From assembly GCA_963666055.2 (NCBI GenBank), contig CAXWPH010000008.1, positions 1 to 64,000 of the forward strand: a DNA stretch of 64,000 nucleotides, in the 5' to 3' direction. The DNA comes from Acidobacteriota bacterium (GTDB lineage: Bacteria; Acidobacteriota; UBA890; WLXD01). Positions 18,756-28,665 of the stretch are shown one piece after another. Both the position numbers and the translations under genes were made by a program. Every line of letters starts with the position of its first letter. Position 1 is the first letter of the stretch. The notes beneath the pieces are model-generated. The model was given only the letters and a program-made list of their open reading frames with translations, did no database searches and was not told the origin of the DNA.

Positions 18756-21476
18756 TTACTCGACGCGCAGCGCGTTCACCGGGTCGACTCGGGTTGCACG
18801 CCGTGCCGGGATGAAGCCGGCGAGCATTACCGCAACCGTGATGACCGCGATCGCGCCCCCGAAGGCGCCGATGTCGACCCAGTTCACGCCGTAGAGGAGG
18901 CTCTCGGCGGCGCGCCCCACACCGGCGCCGGCGACCAATCCGACGCTCAGCCCGATGGCGAGCAGGACCAGCGTCTGGCGCAGAATCATGCGGACCAGGT
19001 CGTCGCTGGAGGCCCCTAGAGCCATGCGGATGCCGATCTCGCGGGTTCGCTGACTGACCGCGTAGGCCATGACACCGTAGAGTCCTACGGCGGCCAGCAG
19101 CAGGGCGAAGGATCCGAAAATGCCGAGCAGCCCGGCGGTCAGTCGTGCCGGCAACAGTGCAATTCCGACCTGCGACTCCATGGTGCGTATGTCGAAGATC
19201 GGTAGCTCGGCGTCGAGCCGCCGGACCTCTTCGCGTACCGCGGCGACCAAGGCTTGGGGCTCGGCGTCGCTGCGTACATGCAGAGAAAGGGCGGACTGGT
19301 TCGACTGCATGAAGGGGAAATACATGTACGACAGAGGCTGTTCTCCCAGCGAGTAGTACTTCGAGTCGCGAACCACGCCGACGATCTGGCGCTCCATGTC
19401 GCCGCTACTGACTCTGCGACCGAGGGCAGACTCGCCGGGGAAGAAACGCGCGGCCATGGTCTGGTTGATGATGATGGCGCCGGCGCTTGCCAGGCTGTCG
19501 TCCCAGTCGAAGTCACGCCCAGCCACCAGAGGCACGCCCATGCTTCCGAAGTACCCTGGGCTGACGTAGTTGTAGTCGAGGTTCATGCGCTCATCCTGGG
19601 CGGGCTCGTAGCCTTCAATCGAAACGCCCCACTGCTGTGTGCCCATTGCCATCGGCAACATCTCGGCGACCGATACTGCGGCAACCCCTGGTAGTTGTTG
19701 TACGTAGTCGACCAGCTGTCGATAAAAGGCGACCACCTCATCGTCGCTGTAGCCTTGAAGCGACGGATCCATGGTGGCAACGAGCACGTTGTCGGCATCG
19801 AACCCCGTTTCGATGGCGCTGGCGTTCTGCAGGCTTCTGAGGAACAACGCCGCTCCGATGAGCAGCGCGAGCGACATGGCGATCTGTGCGATCACCAGCA
19901 TGTTCTTCAAGCGCGTTCCGCCGGTAACTCGCCCGCCGCCCCGCAGCGTTTCGACTAGGTCGGGGCGCGATACGCGCAGTGCCGGCAGCAGCCCGAAGAC
20001 CAGGCCGGTGGCTAGCGCCACAATGGTGGTGAATGCCAGAACCCGCAGATCAATCGGCATGTCGAGGCTGACGGGTACCGGGAGCGGTGGCTGGAACGAA
20101 GCCACCGCTCGGCTCATCCACACCGCTAACGCGGCGCCGGCGATGCCGGCGGCGGCCGCCAGCATCAGGCTCTCGGTCAGCAGCTGCCGAACCACTCGCC
20201 GCCGCCCGGCGCCGAGTGCCAGCCGGATACCGATCTCTCTCTGTCGGTCGGCTCCGCGCGCCAGCATCAAGTTGGCGACATTCGCGCAGGCGATCAACAA
20301 GACGCTGCCAACCACACCCATCAGCACCATGAAGATCGTCGCCACCGCACCGGAGTTGGGTCCCAGGTACGACCGTGTGGCCGGCTCGAGGCTGATGGTC
20401 GTGCCCTCGAGCTCGTTGGGGTACTCCTCCACTAACGCCGCATGCATGGTGTTCATGCCCGCGACACCCTGCTCCAGACTGACGCTGGGGCGTAGGCGAC
20501 CGTAAGCCGCCAGGAAACCATGGCCGCGGGCGTCGAGGGTCCCCGAACCGGGTCGGGCGATCTCCTGCATCGCCAGCGGCACCCAGAGGTCGACGCTGGG
20601 TTCGATGCGCGCAAACCCGAATCCTTTGGGCATCACGCCAACGATGGTGAATGGATACGCGTTGAGTTGGAACGCGCGCCCCACCACGCTGGGTTCACCG
20701 GCGAAATTGCGCTGCCAGAAGCCATAGCTGATCACCGCCACCGCGTCGCGGCCGGGCACGTTGTCCTCGGCCTCGGTGAAGGCTCGTCCCGCCGCTGGCT
20801 CGGCGCCGAGCGCGGCGAAGAATCCGGCGCTGACCACGCCGGCCGTGCTGCGCTGGTTTTCAGTTCCGAAGCTCACGCTTACCGGTGCCATCCGGTATGC
20901 GTACATGGTGTCGAAAACCTGGTTGCGCTCTCGGTGATCGAGGAAGTTCGGATACGAGTAGCTACTGCGAAAACCGCTCGGCTGCACGATACCCAGCTGC
21001 ACCCAGCGCTCCGGGTGCTCCACCCTGAGGGGCTTCAGGAGCATCCCGTTGATCCACGTGAACATCGCCGTGTTGGCGCCGATGCCGAGCGCCAGCATGG
21101 CGACGACGACAGCGGCGAACGATGGCCGAGCCATCAGCGAGCGAGCAGCGAACTTCAGATCCTGGAGTAGGGTACCCATCGGCAGGCCACCTCGTATCTC
21201 GGGAACCGAACGCCGAATCCAGGAAAGATGGCGAGGCCGGTTCGTTCCCGGCAACGGCACGTCCTCGATCTCGAACAACGTCGAGAACGGAACGCCCAGA
21301 CCATCGAGCAGCTTGCGGCGAGTATCGGCAGACGGATAGGGACGCTTGCCGTTGAGTAGCAGCGACAAATGGCCACGACCCAGTTCCAGAATCTGGGCCC
21401 AGCGGTTCTGCGAGTAGCGCCTCTTGGCCAGCTCGGCAGCGAGCTGGTGGCGCTTGAGCAGATATCGCTTAGCCAT
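18756..21476 (-). CDS. ADOP-type duplicated MacB/FtsX ABC permease with N-terminal XRE-HTH
   Basis: LLQDLKFAARSL, LALGIGANTAMF, two REIGIRxALGA motifs and a terminal VDPVNALRVE; first ~70 aa are HTH-like. Confidence 0.9.
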   Translation of the reverse strand: MAKRYLLKRHQLAAELAKRRYSQNRWAQILELGRGHLSLLLNGKRPYPSADTRRKLLDGLGVPFSTLFEIEDVPLPGTNRPRHLSWIRRSVPEIRGGLPMGTLLQDLKFAARSLMARPSFAAVVVAMLALGIGANTAMFTWINGMLLKPLRVEHPERWVQLGIVQPSGFRSSYSYPNFLDHRERNQVFDTMYAYRMAPVSVSFGTENQRSTAGVVSAGFFAALGAEPAAGRAFTEAEDNVPGRDAVAVISYGFWQRNFAGEPSVVGRAFQLNAYPFTIVGVMPKGFGFARIEPSVDLWVPLAMQEIARPGSGTLDARGHGFLAAYGRLRPSVSLEQGVAGMNTMHAALVEEYPNELEGTTISLEPATRSYLGPNSGAVATIFMVLMGVVGSVLLIACANVANLMLARGADRQREIGIRLALGAGRRRVVRQLLTESLMLAAAAGIAGAALAVWMSRAVASFQPPLPVPVSLDMPIDLRVLAFTTIVALATGLVFGLLPALRVSRPDLVETLRGGGRVTGGTRLKNMLVIAQIAMSLALLIGAALFLRSLQNASAIETGFDADNVLVATMDPSLQGYSDDEVVAFYRQLVDYVQQLPGVAAVSVAEMLPMAMGTQQWGVSIEGYEPAQDERMNLDYNYVSPGYFGSMGVPLVAGRDFDWDDSLASAGAIIINQTMAARFFPGESALGRRVSSGDMERQIVGVVRDSKYYSLGEQPLSYMYFPFMQSNQSALSLHVRSDAEPQALVAAVREEVRRLDAELPIFDIRTMESQVGIALLPARLTAGLLGIFGSFALLLAAVGLYGVMAYAVSQRTREIGIRMALGASSDDLVRMILRQTLVLLAIGLSVGLVAGAGVGRAAESLLYGVNWVDIGAFGGAIAVITVAVMLAGFIPARRATRVDPVNALRVE

Positions 21477-21640
21477 CGTCGTTCCTCTCGGGCAAACGCA
21501 CGTTCCCCGAGTTGTACGCTGGCCGGGCCCTTGAGGTTGCTCGCAGCGTTCGGATACTGATTACACCGTGTTCACACCTCTATGTAAACACAGGGTCTTT
21601 TAGGGGTCTCTACGTCCACGAAACCCCCTCAGAACCCCCG

Positions 21641-21662
21641 AAGTTGGTATCAAGTTGGTATC
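21641..21662. repeat. Tandem 11-mer AAGTTGGTATC x2 (integrase arm-site-like)
   Basis: Exact direct repeat, with a second GCACCCT pair at ~21714-21731; lies at the left border of the terminase relic. Confidence 0.5.
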
Positions 21663-21822
21663 AGCAGATTTTCGGGGGTGTTGGGCGCTGACCCAGCTCC
21701 GGGTGCTCATTCTGCACCCTATACGCACCCTGGGGATCACGTAGGGTGCGCTGTTCGACTTCTGCCCCGACGACGTCGCGGCTAAGGAGAGATTGAGTTG
21801 ATCACTAGTTCAGCGAGGCACC

Positions 21823-22299
21823 ATGTCTGATCCCACGAGCCCGAACCGAAACTTCCGTAAATTCGGTCCAAGAAAAAGAGACACCTACCTCCAGAAGCTC
21901 GCCGAGGGCTGCACGCTCGGCGCAGCGGCAGCAGCGGTGGGATTGAGTCCCGATACGGCACTTCACTATCGAAAAGCACACCCGGAGTTCGAGGACGATA
22001 TCGAGCGGTCTCGAGGCAAGGCCATCGCCAACGTGGAGGACGCGCTCTACAAAGCCGCGACGACCGCCAACGCCAGCGGCGCATACAACGTCGGCGCCAT
22101 CTGTTTCTTTTTGAAGAACCGGAACCCAGACAACTGGAGAGACATGCGCACCTACGAGGTCGTGCAGAAGCTCCGGGAGCAGGAACGCGGCCGCTTATTC
22201 GCGGCGTTCGAGAAGGCCGGGATCACCCCGGATCAGGCCGACGAGATCGCCCTGGTGATGGAGGAGTGGGAGCCCGGTGCAAACGAACGTCGCCACTAA
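21823..22299 (+). CDS. terS: Phage terminase small subunit
   Basis: HTH (GCTLGAAAAAVGLS...RKAHPEF), VEDALYKAA and AICFFLKNR; directly upstream of terL. Confidence 0.7.
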   Translation: MSDPTSPNRNFRKFGPRKRDTYLQKLAEGCTLGAAAAAVGLSPDTALHYRKAHPEFEDDIERSRGKAIANVEDALYKAATTANASGAYNVGAICFFLKNRNPDNWRDMRTYEVVQKLREQERGRLFAAFEKAGITPDQADEIALVMEEWEPGANERRH

Positions 22300-23950
22300 C
22301 TACACAGCGCTGGGCACCCTGGCCCGCGAGTATGCCCAGAAGGCTCGGGCGGAGCGCGGCGTTCATCGTACCGGCGTGATCGAGGCACCCGACGCATTCG
22401 CGGATTCCATCGGAATCTCGGTGTGGGGAGACGAGCACTATGGCCAGCGGGCCATGCTGCGGGCGGTGCGCGATCACCAGTTGGTAGTTGTGTACGCCGG
22501 TGCTGGCGTCTCCAAGACCTTCAACGATGCGCTGCTAGCGGCCTGGTGGCTCCAGTGGCCGCACTCCCGCGTGATCGTGACATCTGGAACCTTCGCCCAG
22601 CTCACGGCCCAGTTCGTCGATGAGCTACAGAACCTGTACGCGGACCGGCTACAGGGACACCCGCTCTACGAGAACGAACCGGGCGAGACCAAGTGGCGGC
22701 TGCCACGGGACCGGAGGCTTGATCTGCGATCCACGAACAGGCGCGGACACTTCACCGGGTTCCACGCCGAGCGCGTGCTGCTGATCGGTGACGAGGGCCA
22801 TGCGCTGCCGGACTGGTTTCCGAACTTCGGCCGCACCGCCATCCTCACCAACCCGAACCACCGATGTGTGATCACCGGCAACCCGATCGAGGATGTCGGC
22901 GGTTACTACGGTATTCAGAACGACTCACGCTGGCATGCGGTCTGGATTAGCCAGTTCAGCTACACGCAGCACTGCCGCAGGGGCGAACCGAGCTTCGTGC
23001 CCGTGCGGGACACGCAGACAGGCGAGTGGGATCTGGGGCCGATCGTAGGCGCGCCGCCTGGCCCGGTGCCGGGAATGGATCTTGACCCCGATGAACCGCT
23101 GCGCCGTGTGGAGGAGATGGGCGAGCAGGACCCGGATGTGTAGACCTACACGTACGGCAAGTTCCCCGAGGCAGGAGGGGGCGTTACCCGGTTGTTCACG
23201 CCCTCGAAGATCGATGCAGCGTTCGCCCGGAAGATCAGCCCGAACGGTGCCAAGGACGTGGCGATCGATGTGGCGGGCTCCGGGACTAACCGCACGGTTT
23301 CCGGCGACCGCACCGTAGGCTACTGGATCGATGACGCTGGCCACTGCGAGCGGTTCCTCAGCATCGGCCCCGCCGATATTGCTCACCTCCCCGATGGCGA
23401 CATCGAGGGATACCTGGACTGGCTCCTAGACGAGGTGGATGGGTTACTCCAGCGGCTTGGAGAGGTCCGGAGCGTCCGGGTCGACAGCGATGGAGTTGGC
23501 GCCGGGCTTGCCCGCGGCCTGGCGCGGCGCGGGTGGAAGGTGGTGGAGTTCCACGGTGGGTCGTTGCCACCGACAAGGCGCGGGGCGCTCGACACCGAGG
23601 AGAAGCGCGTACCGTCGGAGCTGTACGACAACCTCCGCTGCTACGGCTATTGGTATCTGGCGAAGCGGCTACCCGAGCTGGACCTGCCGCAGGTGGCGCG
23701 GGAGAGGCTCCGGGACGACCTGCTGGCGACCCGGCCGACGTTCTCCAGCAGCCTCGGTTCGATGACCGCGAAACGGACAAAGCGCAAGGACCTGGTCGGC
23801 AAGAAGCTGAAGTTCCGCGCGGTGCTGGCCAAGGACGATATCTCGGCCACGACCCGGCGATCACCAGATGATGGTGACGCCCTCATGATGGCCGTGGTGC
23901 CGATTCGACGCCGACGGAAGCCTCTGCGGGTGTGGGTGCAGCGGGTCTGA
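22277..23950 (+). pseudogene. terL: Phage terminase large subunit with in-frame TAG at 23141-23143
   Basis: Walker A-like AGAGVSKT, Walker B LLIGDEG, ITGNP; nuclease motifs IDVAGSG, VDSDGVG and RSPDDGDAL; both ORF halves are in the same frame. Confidence 0.8.
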
Positions 23951-24248
23951 AGATGGCTGCTTTAACGACGTCAGCTCGGATCCCATGGGATTTACCAATG
24001 AGAGCGTTGCCGCACATGCCGATGGATTAGTGCACCAATCACCCAAAGGAGAAGAACATGCCGGAACTCACACAGAACCCGATGATCTGCATCGCTCGTA
24101 TCGACTTCGCATGCGGTGGCAACGGTACTGACGAGACGCTCACGATGACCGTAGGCCATTGACCTGCCCCAAGTGTTGAGGCCACTTCGTAACTCATAGA
24201 ATCGGTGCTGACAAGAGATTGTTGGAGCCGGCGAGAAGCGGCCTCCCG

Positions 24249-24335
24249 TGGACCCTCGCGTGCCCCAGCGATAGGCTTCAGACGCTCACCCACCCCTCTG
24301 CGGTTGCGCCATGGAACCCGGCACCAAACTAGGCC
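24249..24335 (+). pseudogene. Kinase promoter + 8-codon 5' stub
   Basis: TGGACC-17-TAGGCT then ATGGAACCCGGCACCAAACTAGGCC (ATG at 24311); similarity then stops. Confidence 0.8.
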
Positions 24336-24383
24336 GGCTCTCCAAGAGCCGCGACGCCCAAACAACGTGAATCGGGAGATGCA

Positions 24384-25439
24384 ATGAGCCGACGCCGTTG
24401 GTGGGTCGGATCTGCGGTCGTCGCGGTGCTGGCGATGGCAGTGGCGGCGGTCGCAGCGGGCGGACCCGCCGCGCTGGCGTCGCGCCTCACCGACCTGCCG
24501 GTGCTGATCCGTGGCCGGCTGGTGGCGGCGCCCAGCGGCGAGGAGCTCGCCGTACCCGTCGCCATCGAGCAGCACGCCGAGGAGCTCGTCGGAGGCATCG
24601 ACGGCTTTATCGTCTGGTCGAGCAACCGCGATGGTAATCACGAGCTGTACCGGATGGATCTTTCGGGGCGACAGATCCGCCGGCTCACCGAGCATCCCCA
24701 CGTCGATTACTACGGCCGCATATCGCCCGACGGCAAGCGCATCGTCTTCATGCGTAGCCGTCCCCGCCGCTTGTCCGTGCGGGAGGCGGGCGGCTGGGAG
24801 ATCTGGGTCATAGATGCCGGGGGTGGCGGCGCGCGACGTATGGCAGAGGAGGGCTACCGACCGGGTTGGAGCGCCGATGGCGGTGCCGTGCACTACATGC
24901 GCGACCGCTCCGGGTACCGGGTCGATGTGGAGACGGGGGCGACGGAGAAGCTGTTCGACTTTCCCGACGCGCTGCCGGAGATCCGCTACGGCGGCGTCTA
25001 TATCAGCCCGGACGCCAGCCGCATCACGGCCGCGTTTCCTGGCGGCGTGACTCGCATCTTCGAGCTTCCCGGGTTTCAGGAGCACGTTCTCGACAATCAC
25101 CAGTCGTGCCAGGGTCTGTGGGCTCCGGGCCTCGGCGGCGTGGTGTGGATCCAGTCGAGCGGTGCGGGAGGTAACCGGGTGATGCGGGCCGCCCCCGACG
25201 GTTCTGATCAACAAGTGCTCATCGACCTACACGGTAGCCATGCTCACGAATACTTCCCCAGCGTCGGTCCCGACGGTCGGTGGCTTGCCTGGGGCGCCAG
25301 CGCCGCCGGGCACGAGCACGACCGGGCCGACTACGAGATCTTCCTCTGGGAGATCGGTACCGAGGCAGAGACCACGCTGCGCCTGACCTACCACACCGGC
25401 AACGACATGTGGCCCGACGTGTGGGTTCGCACGGACTGA
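24384..25439 (+). CDS. TolB-like PD40 beta-propeller protein
   Basis: WSSNRDGNHELY, ISPDGKRIVF, WSADG and GPDGRWLAW repeats; signal peptide. Confidence 0.8.
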   Translation: MSRRRWWVGSAVVAVLAMAVAAVAAGGPAALASRLTDLPVLIRGRLVAAPSGEELAVPVAIEQHAEELVGGIDGFIVWSSNRDGNHELYRMDLSGRQIRRLTEHPHVDYYGRISPDGKRIVFMRSRPRRLSVREAGGWEIWVIDAGGGGARRMAEEGYRPGWSADGGAVHYMRDRSGYRVDVETGATEKLFDFPDALPEIRYGGVYISPDASRITAAFPGGVTRIFELPGFQEHVLDNHQSCQGLWAPGLGGVVWIQSSGAGGNRVMRAAPDGSDQQVLIDLHGSHAHEYFPSVGPDGRWLAWGASAAGHEHDRADYEIFLWEIGTEAETTLRLTYHTGNDMWPDVWVRTD

Positions 25440-25665
25440 CCGGTGAGCCGCGTGCCAGGACATCGCTGACATCGTCCATTGCCAGCTAGGTCCGTGGTGT
25501 CTGAAAACAGGCACTATCGGTCGGTTAGCGAGTCGCTATTGCCACGTGAGGCACGCCGATAGCCGCGTGAGTGCTTAGGGTTGGATCAGAGAATGGAGTC
25601 GCTCTACGGGCCGTAGAGCCTTTCTTCGTGAAGACTCGCCGACGGGAGCAAGACAGCACTTTCCG

Positions 25666-25883
25666 TGGACCCTCGGACCCTCCGGCGGTACGCTTCACGC
25701 GCTCACCCATGACGCATCAGGAGCGCTATGGAACCCGGCACCAAACTAGGCCACTACGAGATCACTGAGCAGCTCGGTGCAGGCGGCATGGGCGAGGTGT
25801 GGCTGGCGCAGGACACCCGCCTGGGCCGCAAGGTGGCCATCAAGGTGCTGCCCGCCGAGTTTGCCTCCGACCCCGAGCGCCTC
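25666..25883 (+). pseudogene. Kinase promoter + 52-codon 5' stub
   Basis: TGGACC-17-TACGCT; ATG at 25728, [12 protein letters not shown]...[14 protein letters not shown], then unrelated sequence. Confidence 0.85.
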
Positions 25884-26191
25884 GGCCCTCCGGGACTCGA
25901 TTCCCCCCCTTGCGCCGTTGCGAGTCCCGGTGTTGCGGTCAGGCGGGCGCTCCGATCATCCGGAGATGCAGCTATGGCAGGCAGATACCGGAGAGAGAGG
26001 CCGGGCGGAGGAAGGGCGTGGGGTCGACGGAGCCCAGTGAGAGTGCGCGTGGGACAACACCGAGTCGTGACGTGTTCGATTGCGTGTTCAAGGCCAAGAC
26101 GATCCAGGCTCTCGACGGTCGCATGCTCGGGTCGCACGGGTACTCCGCCCGTATGACTCGCGAAGGGGGCACCCACAATGCGACCACAGCG

Positions 26192-27778
26192 ATGGACGGA
26201 AGTACCTCGCTCGACGAGCTAGCCGATCCACGCGCCTACCTCCAGCGGCGAGTCGCGCTTTACTCCAAAGTCGTCTGCCTGTTCGTTGCCGGGCTGACCT
26301 TGCTCGACCTCTCCTTCACACTCGAAGGCGAGGCACTGCTGGGCGTGACGCGCATCGGCGGTGCGGTCACGTGCTTGGTGTTTGGCGCGATCTGGTGGGT
26401 GACTTCTCGAAGCGAGCAATCAATGTTCGCGCTCAGAGCAGGCGAGATCGCCGCAACGCTGGTCTGTTTCACAACCGTCTCGTTGTGGCCGGTGTTTCCA
26501 CCCGTGGACGGCACGGGCGGCGCGATCGGGCTGGTGCTCGCAATTCCGTTCGCTTGCCTGACGATGCTGCGGGCCGCCATCGTGCCGAGCACTGCACGGC
26601 TCACGTTGCTGATCGGCCTGGTCGGTACGGCAGGTCTGGCACTTGGTAGCTACTGCGGCTGGCATGGGTCGATGCCGGTTCCCGGCCTCACCGGACCCGA
26701 GATAGGAGGCGCTTTCAACACGGTGGCGGGGGTGGCGGTGTCGATCTGCGGTACGGTGACCTCCCGCGTTGTCCACCGCCTGCAACGCAGGGTGCGCGAA
26801 GTTATGCAGCTCGGCCAGTACACCCTCGAAGAGAAGATCGGCGAGGGCGGGATGGGCGTAGTTTACAGTGCGCGGCACGCTCTCTTGCGACGACCCACCG
26901 CTGTCAAGCTGCTGCCGCCCGACAAAGCTGGCAAGCAGGCGATTGCCCGCTTCGAGCGCGAGGTTCAGCAGACCAGCCGGCTCACGCATCCAAACACCGT
27001 GGCCGTTTACGACTTCGGTCACACTGCCGATGGCGTCTTCTACTACGCGATGGAATACCTCGATGGGATCGCCCTCGACGAGCTGGTGGAGCTAGCCGGC
27101 CCTCAGCCGGCGGAGCGTGTGATTCACATCGTCGCGCAAGTTGCGGGCGCTCTTGCCGAGGCGCACAGCATCGGGCTCATCCATCGTGACGTGAAACCCG
27201 CCAACATCATGCTGTGCCATCGAGGTGACAGCGCTGATACGGTCAAGGTGCTCGACTTCGGCTTGGTGAAGGACATCGCAGCGCCCAAAGAGCTGGCGCT
27301 CAGCGGCACGGCGACCATCATCGGCACGCCGCTCTACCTCGCCCCCGAGTCGCTGACAGAGCCAGACGCGGTGGATGGTCGCACCGACATCTATGCGCTG
27401 GGGGTTGTGGCGTACTACTTGCTCACCGGCCAGCCAGTGTTCAACGGGAGGAGCGTGGTGGAAGTGTGCAGCCACCACCTTCACACCGAGCCCACGCCCC
27501 CGTCCCAGCGACGGAGCAACTCCATTGGTGAAGACCTCGAAGCCATCGTGCTCCGTTGCCTTGCAAAGAAGCAGAAAGACCGCCCGAGCGCACACGAGCT
27601 TCGCGAAGCACTCCTGTCGTGTTCAGCAGCGAGCCTGTGGTCACGAGAGCGAGCTGACGCCTGGTGGAAGGAGCATGCCGAGGACATCTTGCGGCATCGT
27701 CACGACCGTCGCGGGTCCACCGACGTTCCCGCCATCGCGCTCACCATCGCTCTCGAGCCGCGTGGCAACAGATTCTGA
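26192..27778 (+). CDS. Membrane-bound Ser/Thr protein kinase (N-terminal multi-TM, C-terminal kinase)
   Basis: About 5-6 hydrophobic segments, then IGEGGMG, AVK, HRDVKPAN, DFG and APE; start uncertain. Confidence 0.88.
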   Translation: MDGSTSLDELADPRAYLQRRVALYSKVVCLFVAGLTLLDLSFTLEGEALLGVTRIGGAVTCLVFGAIWWVTSRSEQSMFALRAGEIAATLVCFTTVSLWPVFPPVDGTGGAIGLVLAIPFACLTMLRAAIVPSTARLTLLIGLVGTAGLALGSYCGWHGSMPVPGLTGPEIGGAFNTVAGVAVSICGTVTSRVVHRLQRRVREVMQLGQYTLEEKIGEGGMGVVYSARHALLRRPTAVKLLPPDKAGKQAIARFEREVQQTSRLTHPNTVAVYDFGHTADGVFYYAMEYLDGIALDELVELAGPQPAERVIHIVAQVAGALAEAHSIGLIHRDVKPANIMLCHRGDSADTVKVLDFGLVKDIAAPKELALSGTATIIGTPLYLAPESLTEPDAVDGRTDIYALGVVAYYLLTGQPVFNGRSVVEVCSHHLHTEPTPPSQRRSNSIGEDLEAIVLRCLAKKQKDRPSAHELREALLSCSAASLWSRERADAWWKEHAEDILRHRHDRRGSTDVPAIALTIALEPRGNRF

Positions 27779-27789
27779 CCTTTGATTCC

Positions 27790-28092
27790 ATGGGCGGCGA
27801 CGTGTCGAGCCGCCGCATTAGGCTGCGGTCGGAAATCGTCCACGGTGGTTTTCTCGTTGACGCCCTCGGCACGGGTGAGCTTCCGCGTACGCTAAAGGAT
27901 CTACCGGTGGGTCTGAGCGACAAGGACCGGAAGAAGTACAACGAACTACGGCGTCTAATCCCTAGAACCGTGGGCTACCTTCGGGAGTCAATCGCTCGGA
28001 CGGTTTCGGACGGGTCGCTTCCCACTACCGAAGAATGGTGGAAATGCGTAGCCGAATCCCCTCCGGTACGATCAAGCTCGCCACAGCGGTAG
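27790..28092 (+). pseudogene. HEPN-like C-terminal fragment
   Basis: LRSEIVHG matches the Rx4H HEPN signature; the N-terminal part is absent. Confidence 0.4.
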
Positions 28093-28114
28093 GCTCTGCT
28101 ATCGCGATAAATAC

Positions 28115-28324
28115 CAAGCTTTTCGAGGGAGTTTTTTGGGTGGGCCTGATGGAATGGCCGTCGCCAGTTCGGCAGGGTTGTCAGACTACGACGTGACGGG
28201 CGACGGTCAGCGGTTCGTGATGTTCCCCGACATCGGCCAGGGCAGCCAGAGCAGCAGCGTCCACGTCAAGCTCGTCACCAACTGGTTCGACGAGCTGAAG
28301 CGGCTCGTGCCGACGGAGCCGTAG
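28115..28324 (+). pseudogene. Orphan 3' stub of a kinase-PD40 gene
   Basis: KLFEG..GG...DYDVTGDGQRFVMFP...VKLVTNWFDELKRLVPTEP*, followed by CTCGCGAG. Confidence 0.85.
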
Positions 28325-28603
28325 CGTCTGGGCTAAGACTCGCGAGCCGCTGCCACTGTCTCTGCGGTCGCACAGCGGTCCCTATGCGCCGCGGACAACC
28401 CGGACCGTAGTGGTTGTCTGCTCTCGGTACACCCGCGAGGCTCTACGCCGATTACTTTTCGGTAAATCGGCGCGATTGCGTCACGAGTGGCGGCCCAGTC
28501 AACGGTCCGCACGCTGCCGTGGGGGTGGTCCGTGACCGATCTTCACGATTCTGCGCCCTCATCGGTCGAAGGGGATGCTGGAACGCTGCTGACACCGGTC
28601 CCG

Positions 28604-28632
28604 TTGGATCTCACCGACTCTGGCGATAGGCT
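28604..28632 (+). promoter_or_regulatory. Sigma70-like promoter of the intact kinase gene
   Basis: TTGGAT-17 nt-TAGGCT, 33 nt before the ATG at 28666. Confidence 0.6.
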
Positions 28633-28665
28633 TCAGGCGCCCAGCCATCTCCCTCTGGTAGCGCC

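Noticed and set aside
21823-23950. Intact prophage or gene transfer agent
   Set aside because: No portal, capsid, tail or integrase genes, and terL has a nonsense codon.
25885-25915. tRNA-like CCGGGACTCGATTCCCC at the stub breakpoint
   Set aside because: Lacks the GTTC T-loop and an acceptor stem; too short to call.
25799-26191. N-terminal extension of the 659 aa kinase ORF
   Set aside because: It overlaps the kinase stub in another frame and is low-complexity; the real start is likely 26153 or 26192.
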